NCBI GenBank assembly: GCA_033442325.1
Contig: JAWQFM010000001.1
Location: 1,134,124-1,179,776 of the forward strand
From: Salpingoeca rosetta
Lineage: Eukaryota; Protista; Choanoflagellata
Direction: 5' to 3'
DNA: 45,653 nucleotides
Part shown: one piece after another, positions 1-21,200 of the stretch
How the letters are laid out: each line of letters opens with the position of its first letter
Position numbering within the stretch: position 1 is the first letter of the stretch
Made by a program: the position numbers and the translations under genes
The notes under the pieces: generated by a model
Told to the model about the DNA's origin: nothing
Seen by the model: the letters and a program-made list of their open reading frames with translations, nothing else
The model's database searches: none

Positions 1-81
<81 letters not shown>

Positions 82-167
82 ACCCCTCCCCTCCCTTCCC
101 CTCTTCAACGCAGCAGACACGTGTACTCAAGGCTGCAAACCATGCCTCGCTGCCGTTGCAATGACAG

Positions 168-659
168 GTGCTGGTTGGCGCTGGTGTCGGTGTGATCTCT
201 GGCATTGCATGGTTCCTCGTCGTGCAGCGCGTGCTGTCACTCACAGTCATGCCGTGGATTGCCAACACCACCATCGCCAAGATGTTCCTCATCCGCGTAA
301 GCACTTGCGTGTCTGCCTCTGTGTGTGTGTGTGTGTGTGTGTCGTGTGTCGTGTGTGTGTGTCGTGTGTGTGTGTGTGTGTGTGTATCAGTGTGTAAGTG
401 AGTGTGTGTGTGTCCATGTGCCTGCGTGTTGCTTGCCTCCCGTTCTGCCACGTCTATACTTTCCCTCTCCCTCGCCTCCCTCTCTGCCGCACAACCTCTC
501 CGAAGGTGCGCCTTGTTCGTGTTTGCGCTGCTCATCTCTTCTTATGTTTCAAACTGTATGCAGGACCTGACGGCGGTCGATGACTGCTTGCTCGTCGAGT
601 ATGAGAGCTCCATCAACGCTGCAAAGCCAAACAAGCAGAAGGGCAAAAAGCGCCAATAA
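168..659 (+). CDS. DOLPP1: Dolichyl-diphosphatase 1 (PAP2 family), last two exons; 5' part lies upstream of the window
   Basis: Exons 168-296 (cag|GTG...CGC|gtaag) and 564-659 (cag|GAC...TAA) join in phase 0 to VLVGAGVGVISGIAWFLVVQRVLSLTVMPWIANTTIAKMFLIR-DLTAVDDCLLVEYESSINAAKPNKQKGKKRQ*. This matches the recalled DOLPP1/Cwh8 C-terminus (WF..Q..L....P.IA......FLIRD......L..EY) and has a basic tail. Confidence 0.8.
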
Positions 660-939
660 CTCATCACAGTGTGTTACCAGCATGGTGCGATTTCGCGTCG
701 CGCACGTAAACTCTGCTCCGTTTACTTTGGTGCTCACATCAATTTGTACACATGTTCATGTTGTCAAATACAACACAGCAATTGTAAGCAAGCAAATAAG
801 AAGCAAGCAAGCAATCCAGCAGCACTCAGGTGCAGCAGTTCGCGGCGAACCAGCAACAGTGGCTTCAGCACTCACGGCTGGCCTGTGTTGCTGTTGCTGC
901 CATCACCCTCTTTGCTACCATCACCCTCTCGCTTCTCAG

Positions 940-7664
<6,725 letters not shown>

Positions 7665-8161
7665 TGTTGAGTAACGTTGTGGCCATGAAAGAAAATACGC
7701 CGCTGCACCAACAAATCGCCCAAACTTTCATCGCATCCGATCAACAGCAAACAACCAAGAAGCAAGCAAACCAAAGAAAGAGCACGACTTTTGCATCGTC
7801 AGCAGCCGCCCTGCCTGCGCGTTCACACGTTCATCGTAACCCATTGACACCTCCTTTCTTTCTCTGCTCTTCCCGTGCTCAAGCAACACCGGCTGATGGC
7901 AGATGTGAGGTGACCCTTGTGCCCTGTTATTTTACAGCAGCCCGGGTGAAGCCGTTCGGTTACTTGGAGTTTGCCGCAAGCAAGGCCATCACCTTCTTCG
8001 TGCTCATTGTATCTTGTTTGGGGGAGGGCGCAACTCCTCCCTGCGCACCGCTTCTTCCGAAGTCAGCCCAGAGCCCGTTACCCACGTTCCCTCGCTTCCG
8101 TTACCAGCTGCAAACAGAGACGCCAAGAGCAACCACCATCCATACATTTGATTGTGCAGTC
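7665..8161. promoter_or_regulatory. Probable bidirectional promoter region between POMT2 (-) and the BCKDK-like kinase (+)
   Basis: About 500 bp between divergent ATGs (7664 and 8162), free of microsatellites. Inferred from gene arrangement only. Confidence 0.4.
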
Positions 8162-8644
8162 ATGGGTCGCCAGGGCCTTCCAGCGGTGCTGTGGCGCGCC
8201 ACACGGCAGGTTTCCTTCTACGATCGCCGCTTCAAGGAGCATGCTGCCAGGCCCATGCATCGCGTGAGCCTGGAACACCTGGTGAAGTTTGACCTCATGT
8301 TTTCAGACAAGGCGCGCATGCTGCTGCAGAGCGCCAACTTCCTGAGAACCGCGCTGCCGGTGCGCCTGGCGCGGCGCATCCTTGACATCCACTCGCTGCC
8401 GTACATCTGCGGCATCAACCCGCACATCCAGAAGATCCACGAAATCTACGTCGACATCTTCAACGAGTTTGTGGACATGCCGCAGATTCGCGACCTGGAT
8501 GAGGAAAAGGTCTTCGTTTCCGCTCTGCGCAGACAGCTCGAGGTCAGCAGGCAGATCTTGCCCAGCCTGGCCCGGGCTTCCAACGAGCTTGCCTCCCACA
8601 TGGACCACGGCGACCTTACCAAGTTCCTCAACACCATGATCGAA

Positions 8645-8680
<36 letters not shown>

Positions 8681-8737
8681 CTCCTCAGACGATGCTGCTG
8701 TATAGAAGTGGACAGCTTGCCTCATGGCTTCACGCTC

Positions 8738-8829
<92 letters not shown>

Positions 8830-9369
8830 NNNNNNNNNNNNNNNNNNNNNNNNNNNNNNNNNNNNNNNNNNNNNNNNNNNNNNNNNNNNNNNNNNNNNNN
8901 NNNNNNNNNNNNNNNNNNNNNNNNNNNNNNNNNNNNNNNNNNNNNNNNNNNNNNNNNNNNNNNNNNNNNNNNNNNNNNNNNNNNNNNNNNNNNNNNNNNN
9001 NNNNNNNNNNNNNNNNNNNNNNNNNNNNNNNNNNNNNNNNNNNNNNNNNNNNNNNNNNNNNNNNNNNNNNNNNNNNNNNNNNNNNNNNNNNNNNNNNNNN
9101 NNNNNNNNNNNNNNNNNNNNNNNNNNNNNNNNNNNNNNNNNNNNNNNNNNNNNNNNNNNNNNNNNNNNNNNNNNNNNNNNNNNNNNNNNNNNNNNNNNNN
9201 NNNNNNNNNNNNNNNNNNNNNNNNNNNNNNNNNNNNNNNNNNNNNNNNNNNNNNNNNNNNNNNNNNNNNNNNNNNNNNNNNNNNNNNNNNNNNNNNNNNN
9301 NNNNNNNNNNNNNNNNNNNNNNNNNNNNNNNNNNNNNNNNNNNNNNNNNNNNNNNNNNNNNNNNNNNNN

Positions 9370-9457
<88 letters not shown>

Positions 9458-9792
9458 GTGCATGTGCGTGTGTGTGTGTGTCGCTTTTGCCAGCAAGGTG
9501 CATGTTCACGCCTTGATTCAAACGAACCGCTGCTCGTGTTTAGGGCTGCAAGCAAAGGCGACAACGAGGAGGACAAGGGTGTTCCAAGCATCAATTTGCA
9601 CATTTATTCATCTGCAGACCAGACTGTGTTCTGTCTCACAGACAGGGTGAGGTGAATCGCAATGGGACAAGCAAACCAGGCATACACATGTATTTCGCTA
9701 CCCTGAACATTCATTGTCATCAGCACCCCGTCATCACTGTGATCACCACCATCACCCACCACTGCGATTTTCACCATGATCGCCGCCTTTCC

Positions 9793-9839
<47 letters not shown>

Positions 9840-11125
9840 CGACAACTAACGTCGCGTGCCCCTTGTGACAGGGCGGTGGGATTCCTGCACACGTTGAGCC
9901 ACACATCTTCGATTACGCATTCACGACCATTGGCGCCCAAGAAGCACGTGCGTTCCTCTTGCATGAGCGCTGCTCCGAGCGAACACCGTGGCTGTTGTAC
10001 ATGCTGGTGGAGAGGAGGAGCCCCTAATTGTTGTTTTACCCTCGTGCACTCACTTGCACCTGTTCACATGTCTACGTGCACCTGCACTTTTGGTTGTTTG
10101 CTTGTTTGTTGCAGCTGGCACGGCCGATGGCTTTGGACACCTTCTTCGTACGTAACACCTTGCGTTAACAGCTGCGCTTCTTGCCACCACCCTGTGCCCT
10201 GACTTCTTGCAGCACTCTTGTTGTCCACACTCACACACCTGCTCACGCACGCACGCACACACACTCGCTCACGCACACACACTCACTCACGCACACACCC
10301 ACACACATTTCGACACGCGCAAACGCATGCCATTGTGCAGACGGCACGCCAATGGCTGGCGAAGGGTTTGGGCTGCCGATGGCGCGCATCTACGCGCGGT
10401 ACTTTGGCGGAGATCTCACCGTCCAGAACATCCTCAACTTTGGCGTGGAGGTGAGAAGAGCAGGCGATGCCTCGCATGTAATCGTCAACATGATACATGC
10501 GTGTTTTAGGGGTGGGTGGAGATGGTTGTGGTCGTTTCACCATGCTCTTTCACGACAGCGCAACTGCTCTCACCCCCACATCACAGCCCAGCCTCAACAG
10601 CAACTACAACAACTGCCCCACATTGTGCGCACGCTGTGCTTCTCACCATCCCACCATCCCCCCCCCCCGCGTACGCACGCTCGTGCGCTGCGTTGCTCAG
10701 ACGTTTCTGAAGCTGAAACACCTGGACCGGGCCGCGTATCTTAAGCGCATCGAGGAGAACTTGGACAGTGACAGCGTCAACCGCACAGCGCCCGATTCCA
10801 ATGGCGCTCATCATCGTCATCATCATCATCATCGTCGTCGTCGCAGCGGCGGTGAAGCGGGGAAGAGCGAGCTGCACTCGCAACAGCTGCCGTCGCCTCC
10901 TGTCCCGACGGATACGAAGAGCACACGCGCGGTGAGCTGGCGGCGTGGTTGTGATGTGTGTCTCTGTTCGTGACTGGTTGATTGGCTGCGGTGCCTGTTC
11001 GTGCGATTGTCGAGGAGTGGGGATTGTGCATCATTTCTTGGCACTACCACACTCACCACACACACACACACACACACCTGCTTTGACACCACATTTCAAT
11101 ACCACAGCCGCCACCGGAAGCGTGA
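8162..11125 (+). CDS. BCKDK: Mitochondrial branched-chain alpha-ketoacid/pyruvate dehydrogenase kinase (BCDHK_Adom3 + GHKL ATPase), BCKDK-like; middle exons lost in the N gap
   Basis: Exons 8162-8646, [gap 8830-9369], 9544-9646, 9872-9947, 10115-10147, 10341-10450, 10701-10931, and a possible final exon 11108-11125 (otherwise the stop is at 10973). Motifs: LLQSANFL..ALPVRLARRI...LPYICGINPHI; G1 box TDR-GGGIP...IFDYAFTT; G2 box PMAGEGFGLPMARIYARYFGGDL; FLKLKHLD. The Arg-rich N-terminus resembles a mitochondrial presequence. BCKDK is preferred over PDK from recalled similarity only. Confidence 0.8.
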
Positions 11126-11209
11126 GGGCCTCAGGCAACAGCTGCTCGTGAATTGTGACGCTGGTTGTGTTATTCGCCCCAGTCTGCGTGTGCGTGTGCG
11201 TGTGTGTGT

Positions 11210-11308
<99 letters not shown>

Positions 11309-11409
11309 GNNNNNNNNNNNNNNNNNNNNNNNNNNNNNNNNNNNNNNNNNNNNNNNNNNNNNNNNNNNNNNNNNNNNNNNNNNNNNNNNNNNNNNNNNNN
11401 NNNNNNNNN

Positions 11410-11498
<89 letters not shown>

Positions 11499-11783
11499 CT
11501 TTGCGCTGCAGTGATGTTACATCCTTTTCATAATCGGACTGTATGATAGTGGGCATGTGTGCTTCCATTACAACCGAAACAGAAACAGAAAGTTTGTGGT
11601 ATGAACAAGCAGGGGGGTGGGGTCTCGAGAGCATGCCACAGGCAAGACACGCCATCACCGTGATGGCAGTGGGATAACACAGGAGAGAAAGAATGGCCAA
11701 GTGGTGCTGCGCAGTAACGGGCAGCAACAGCAGCGGTTTGCTGGCCATTGGATTGCGAGAATGTGTGCGTGGTTACCGGTGAC

Positions 11784-13098
11784 TTAGGAGCAGACTTCGC
11801 CGTGCTGCACCGTGTACACGCATCCGCCTGCACAAAATACAAACGAACATGATGGGGCAGCCACGAACAGCGGTGAGCACAGGACACATGCACCACACTT
11901 GAGGAAACACGAACAGGATACAAGACCTGAGTAAACACACGCACACACACGCACACACGCACATACGCACAGACACACACACACACACCGTTCTTGGCCT
12001 TGTTGGATGCGCGTTTCCTGAGCTGGTCCTTGAGCGCTTGCGAGCGCGTGCTGCGCTCCTTCTCCCGAGACGTCCGCGAAAATCGCTCCCGACCCGCCGA
12101 CGACGACGACGACGACGACGACGATGATGATGATGATGATGATTGAGGCGGTGGTGTTGGAGCTGTTCGCGGCAGTTTTGTGGTGGTTCGCTGTTTGGAC
12201 GCTGATGTTGCCTTTCCCCTCCTCCTCTTGTTCTTCTTCTTCGTCCTTCTCGATGACGATGAAGGCATCGTCTTCCGTGACGACGACGACGACGATGACG
12301 ATGATGACGACGATGATGGCATGCCATCCCCAAACCCTGGAAACGCGCCAAAGGCGTCCAAGCCCGCGTTCAAGTCTGCGTCAACATACACATAAATAAA
12401 ACGGCGTGCGACATTGGAGTACGCAGGCAGTTGCGCATGAGAAGAAGTAACGAAGCAGCACGTCGTGACAGACACACACACACACACACACACACAAACA
12501 TACATGTGCGCACATAACAACTGCATGTGCAAGTGTGAACGCACCTCCGAAGAGAGATCCAAGGCCTTCAAAGGCGCCCCCTGTCAAACAAGTACCGCGC
12601 AACCAATTGTAAGCAATTACATAGACGTCAAAGATGCGATATTGTCAACAGTCGTTACAGTAGGATGGCAACAACGTGCAAAACTCGGTTTGAGTTGCGA
12701 AACGTGATGCATCACACATCAATGCACGTGTCACACATCAATGCACGCGTCATACATCAATGCACGCGTCATACATCAATGCACGTGTCATACATCAATG
12801 CACAAGCCATACATCTCATGTCGTGCATCACTTCAATGCACAAGCCATACATCTCATGTCGTGCATCACATCGCACACCCCACATATCAGCATGGTTTCC
12901 CGTACCGAACATCGACGAGGGTGGCCTGCCAGTCGCTGGTCCGCGGCGAGCATTTGAAGGCCTGGTGCGCGCCCGACCTGGCCAGTTGAAAGCAAGGAGG
13001 TCGGGGATACGTGAATGAGCAGCAGAATCTGCATGCAAAGCACCACGGAGGCTCTCGCGTCTCACACACGTCGCATGCAAAAGTGGGGAATACAAACG

Positions 13099-13187
<89 letters not shown>

Positions 13188-14180
13188 ACACACCATGGTT
13201 TGCGCCACGCTCAAAGTGAAAGTTCTTGAAGAGCGATTCGAAGGTGCGGTCAAAGTCGTCATTAGTGCCGGACGAGGACGAGCTGGAATAAGTGTAGAAC
13301 TGCTGCTGCTGCCCGCCGCCAGCCCCGCCAGTGCGGAAGAATTTGCTGAACACGTCGTTGACAGGCACGTCCTGGTATGGCTTTGGCTTCCAGCCGCCCT
13401 GTTGCTGTTGGAACTGCTGGTGCTGCCCGCGAGCACCGCCACCTGGGCTGCTGCGACTCATGTCATAGTTCCTTCGCTCCTCCTCGTTGCTGAGCGTTTC
13501 ATATGCTGCACCAGGCAAAAGTGGTGTGAGCTCAGTCAAGCCAAAAACAAACAGGTGGCAACCGCAAGCATGGGCCGCTGTATGCATTGCACGCAGTGCC
13601 ACGAAGCGCGTGTCTCTAGTGCAAACGTGAATGTGTGTGTGTGTGTGTGTGTAACAAGAACTTACCTCCTGTGATGGCGATGAAGTTGTCTTCGGCGTGC
13701 TCGTTCTCGCGGTCCTTGTCAGGGTGACACTTGACGCTCATTTTCTTGAATGCCCTGTCGAGCACCATCAAGGGTGCAAGCAAGGCAGGTGTGAGTGTAG
13801 CAGTTCGTGTGCTTGAAAACAAAGTACATAGTCGTCATGCACCCGCCCACGCACACACTCACTCACACTCACTCACTCACTCACTCACACTCACCCACAC
13901 TCACTCACACTCACTCACTCACACACTCACACTCACTCACTCACTCACTCACACACATACGCACACACACTCACCTTCGAATGGTCTTGTCATCTGCCTT
14001 TGAGTTGACGCCCAACACCTTGTACAGTTGCCCTTTGTCGTAGTGTTTTCGCGCCACGTCACAATCCGGCAAGGTGAGGTCTTCCGACTTTGCTGCAGAA
14101 CAAGGAGCTGGTGCGTCTCCCAAAACAAGCAGTACCGCTAAAGCCAGCGTCACGAATGCCGGCCCTTTTTGTTGCCCCAT
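11784..14180 (-). CDS. Signal-peptide J-domain (DnaJ/Hsp40) protein, ERdj4/DNAJB9-like N-terminus, ~398 aa
   Basis: Exons 14180-13975, 13754-13666, 13505-13194, 13028-12906, 12580-12545, 12375-11989, 11827-11784; phases consistent, total 1197 nt. Signal-like FVTLALAVLLVLG; J domain LYKVLGV...IRRAFKKMSVKCHPDK...FIAITGAYETLSNEEERRNYD with intact HPD; G/F-rich region; Ser/Lys/Arg low-complexity tail ending HGEVCS*. Confidence 0.85.
12705..12870. repeat. Intronic minisatellite (CATACATCAATGCACGCGT-like ~19-bp units plus a ~43-bp duplication)
   Basis: Repeated 'catcaatgcac' units about 19 bp apart, then two copies of 'caatgcacaagccatacatctcatgtcgtgcatcac', within an intron of the J-protein gene. 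Confidence 0.75.
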
Positions 14181-14354
14181 CCTCGCGTGCACGTTGGAGC
14201 TTGTTCGTGTGTACATGTGTGTGGGGGGAGGGAGGTGAATGACGCTGGCGAGCAGTGCAACGTCAGCGTCAGCGTCAGCCAGAGTGCAGCGGTTTCCACG
14301 AAACACAGCCGTCTGCGACATCATAAATTGTATACGTTGATTGCTGGCACAACA

Positions 14355-14512
14355 ACCACACACACACACACACACACACAAGCGCACACACACACAAGCA
14401 TACACACACACACACGCACACACACACACATAAGCACACACAAGCACACACAAGCACACACAAGCACACATAAGCACACACAAGCACACACAAGCACACA
14501 CAAGCACACAAG
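14355..14512. repeat. (CA)n plus 10-bp CACAAGCACA minisatellite between the sulfotransferase stop codon and the J-protein start
   Basis: About 8 tandem copies of caagcacaca/taagcacaca at 14431-14510, abutting the sulfotransferase TAG. Confidence 0.75.
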
Positions 14513-17360
<2,848 letters not shown>

Positions 17361-17529
17361 TTCATTCAGCGTGAAGCAAACGAAAATACACCAGCCAACA
17401 CCAACAACGCTTGTTGCTTGCTTGGTGTTGTGTGGTTGTTGTTGTTCCCTTCTTTTGCTTCCACCTGCATTGCCTCCTCCCTGCTGCCATCCCACTCCCC
17501 ACACCCCTGCTCCGCTCGTGGCTGCCGCC

Positions 17530-18186
17530 ATGACGTGTGAGAGGGGCCGCCGTGGAAGAAGGGGTTGCAGTTGCTATGACAGCAACTGTCACAGCTGCTA
17601 TCACAACAAGCACAGTGCAGAACGAAGAAGCACAGCAACGAGCAGCAACACATGTCGCCGCCACTTGACGTGCGGTGCACCTGCTCTTCATCATGCTCCT
17701 CGGTCGCTGCTGTGCACAACGTTGATGGTCCTCGCATTGCTGGGTCTGTATGGTGCCTCGGCGCAAGAAGCCCAGGTTGCCGTCAACCTCGTGTGCACGG
17801 CAGGCTCCTGCGCAAACGTCAGCCAGCCTGTGATCCTGAACACCCCTACACGCGTCGGCTTTGGAGTGGTGCAAGTCCCCACAGACACGTCCACCGCCGC
17901 GCAGCAGGTTGCAGATGAGAACAACCTGATGCGCCGTGCCTTCGTCTGCAGCTTGGATGGAGGTCCATACACGGCGTGTGCCGCAAACCCAGACGGGCCC
18001 GGTGCTTTGCAAGAGTACGTTGCTTCTTCATGTGTGCTTCTGCTTGTGTGTGTGTGTGTGTGTTTGAGGACGTGCTTGCGGGTGTACACTTGCACGCTTA
18101 GGTGCTGTTCCTCCCACCTTCAGTCGCTTACTGCTGTCACCTCTCTGCTTCGATGACTCACTCTGCCACTCATCATCTCAACAACG

Positions 18187-18263
<77 letters not shown>

Positions 18264-21200
18264 GAATTGTATGCTAGGTATGCACCGGTGGGACGTCTGG
18301 CAGATGGGCAGCATCAGTTCTGCGCCCGCGCCGTTCTACCTGATGCGCAACAAGTTTCTTCTGACGCATGCCCAAGCCAGTGTGGTGCAATCACTTGCCT
18401 TTCCTTCGTGATCGGTACGCCACTCACCCCCTGGTGCCATGGGTTTGCTTTTCACCCTACCCTGAACGCGACGTGGCTCCCCACCCAGGCTTTTGAACAG
18501 TTCCACACATCCNNNNNNNNNNNNNNNNNNNNNNNNNNNNNNNNNNNNNNNNNNNNNNNNNNNNNNNNNNNNNNNNNNNNNNNNNNNNNNNNNNNNNNNN
18601 NNNNNNNNNNNNCACTCACTCACTCATTCACTCACTCACTCACTCACTCACTCACTCACTCACTCACTCACTCACTCACTCACTCACTCACTCACACACA
18701 CACTCACTCACTCATCCCTCCCGCCCCCAAAGACACCCAAGCGCCTGAGTTGACAGCGCCCAGCATTCAGTTTGGTGTGCGCGACCGTCCCCCGTTTCCA
18801 ACGACGTGGCAGACCTCCGAAGACTTTCTGGCAGCCTTCAACGACTACATCGTGCAGAACAACGGCCCGCCTTTCCGCGCCTCCCGGTTCCCTGCAACGC
18901 AAACAAACACAACCCTCATCCAAGCAACGCTTGTCCAGCAGGACGCGAGCGCCTCTCCGTCCGCTCTCAGCGCAGACCTGTGGCGGATCGAATGCCGCCT
19001 CACCAACACGCCAGCCAGTGGTTCAACCGCAGCCACTGACGACGGTCCGTTCCAGCCATGCACCGGCGCTGCGAATGCTGGTGATGGTGGCGCTGCTGGT
19101 GGCGTTGGTGGTGCGTGGCTCACCAGCTACGTGACCAACAGCAGTCTCGCAGTCATGGTCAGCACCCCCATCCCAGCACCAAACACCGTCAACAGCCACA
19201 CGCTCCACGTTCGCGGCATCGACGCTGCCGGTAATAAGGGCCCCGTTGTCAGCGCCGTGTGGTCGGTTGACACGCAGCCGCCCATTGTCACTGTCGCCAG
19301 TGACCGCCTCTTCGACAGCGGCACGGGCTACTCCTCCATTCCTGCCGGCCAGTTCCACTTTTCTGCGCAAGACCCGGCCCCTGTTCCTGCCCATCCAGCC
19401 GCTGCGCAGCCGTACTGCCGCATCGCCTACGACGCGACAGCAGCAGCGCCACCACAGGCTTCCCCGCAGCGCCTCCAGCCGCCATTCCAGCCCTGCGCCT
19501 CCCCGTGGTCCTTTGACGTGTCCCCGCTCCTCACAAACGCCTCGGGCGCGTTTGTGTTTCAGGTACGCGCCGTCGACGCTGCGGGCAACACAGCAACGAC
19601 CGCCTTCTGTGATTCCAGCGCTGTGCCAGCAACCGACGGCGCCAGTGCCGCGTGTGTGCAGCACGCGTTTCACATCGCAACACGCCCACCACAGCTGTCT
19701 GTCTCCATTCACATCCCCAACGTCACTGCAGCCTTCCACTCGCTTGAGCACTTCAGCTACGCGTGTCGCGGCGTGCTCGTTGCCACAGACACGTGCGTGT
19801 TTGCCTCCAGCAGCTTTGACGCCCGCGTTCACCTCACATCCACCGCCCTCGACGGCCTCGTGAGCTTCGAGTGCCAGCTTGATGACCAGACATGGTTTCC
19901 TTGCTTCCCACAGCCCAGCACCATCACAAACACAAACACAAACACGTCCAGCACAGACGCAACTGCTGTTGTTGTGGACCCCGTGTTCGCCAACACCGGC
20001 GCCCGCTTCCGTATCGCCACGAGCGCGCAGCAGGAGTCCTTTGCTGGGCTGCCAGATGCCGGTCACGTCTTTCGCGTGCGGGCCCACTCCGTGCATGGCC
20101 TTAGCAGCGACGTTACCACGTTCCGCTGGACGACGGATACCACCGTGCTGCCTGCAAGCATCACCAACGCACCACCACCCGTCACCACACGCACCTGGGC
20201 AGCGTTTGCCTTTGACACGTCCAGCGCCGACACAGAGTCCTTCGTCTGCTCCGTGGATGGCCAGCATGTTCCCTGCACGAACGGCACGCTGTATCTTGGT
20301 GCAGACGCGTCGCCCATGACCAACGCCACGACCACCGCACCACCCGATGACGGAGGTACCAGCACCGCCGCACCGCCGCAAGCGATGGCCCCTGTGCGCG
20401 GATGGACCGCATGGACAAACAACCACAGCCCCGATGACCCTGCCGTCGACGGTGGTGGGGATACGGAGACGGTGGCGTGCGCACTGGGACAGGCGTTGTG
20501 GGCCGTGGAGTGTCGCGCCGTGTGCCCCGCCGCCATGCCCGGCTGCGAACAGCTCCCTGCGCAGGACACGCTGCAGACGTTCGAGTCACCGTGTGCGACG
20601 GTGGTGGCTGCAGCTGGCGAGGCGCGTGTTGGCGAGCAGGCGCGGGTGCAGCTGCGGTGCCGCCACGCCGACCAGTCGGACGGCCGGCCCTGCCTCGACT
20701 ACGAGATGCGTGCATGGTGCGGTGCCCCCACCAACGCAACGCGCGTTGTCGCCAGTGCCCGGGACACAGCCACCCTTTATGTGGACGGGCAAGAGTACGT
20801 GGGCGTGCGGGCTGTAGATGGCCCGCGCATTGTCGACATCCCAGCCGCGACGCGCGTGCTCGCCATTGCCGCCCGCACCGGCGGCGACGCCCTCTCCGGC
20901 CGCATCCGCATCTCCCTGCCATTCATGGACGTGTTCTCTGATGCCTCGTGGATGTGTAGCCACGACACGCGCTGGCTGACAGACCTGTCGTGGACCGCGC
21001 CGGAGTTTGATCCAAGCGCAACCACCGACGCCTCGTTCTCCCCTGCGCGCGTGGTGACACAGCCCTTGCGGGCAGATGTCGATGCGTGGCTCTCGCAGGG
21101 CCATTCCGATGGCGCTCAGTGGATATGGACAACCGCACCACCGTCAGTCGCCCCTTCCGACCTCCAGTTGCACGCGTTTTGCCGCCGCGTGCTCTCAGAC

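Noticed and set aside
8830-9369. N runs (also 11310-11409, 18513-18612 and 43193-43650)
   Set aside because: They are assembly gaps, not biological features, and ORFs spanning them are artefacts.
18415-18732. Continuous reading of the 2907-aa ORF through the gap and TCAC repeat
   Set aside because: It is better explained as an intron (g|gtacgc...aag|ac), whose removal restores the VIDTQAP repeat boundary.
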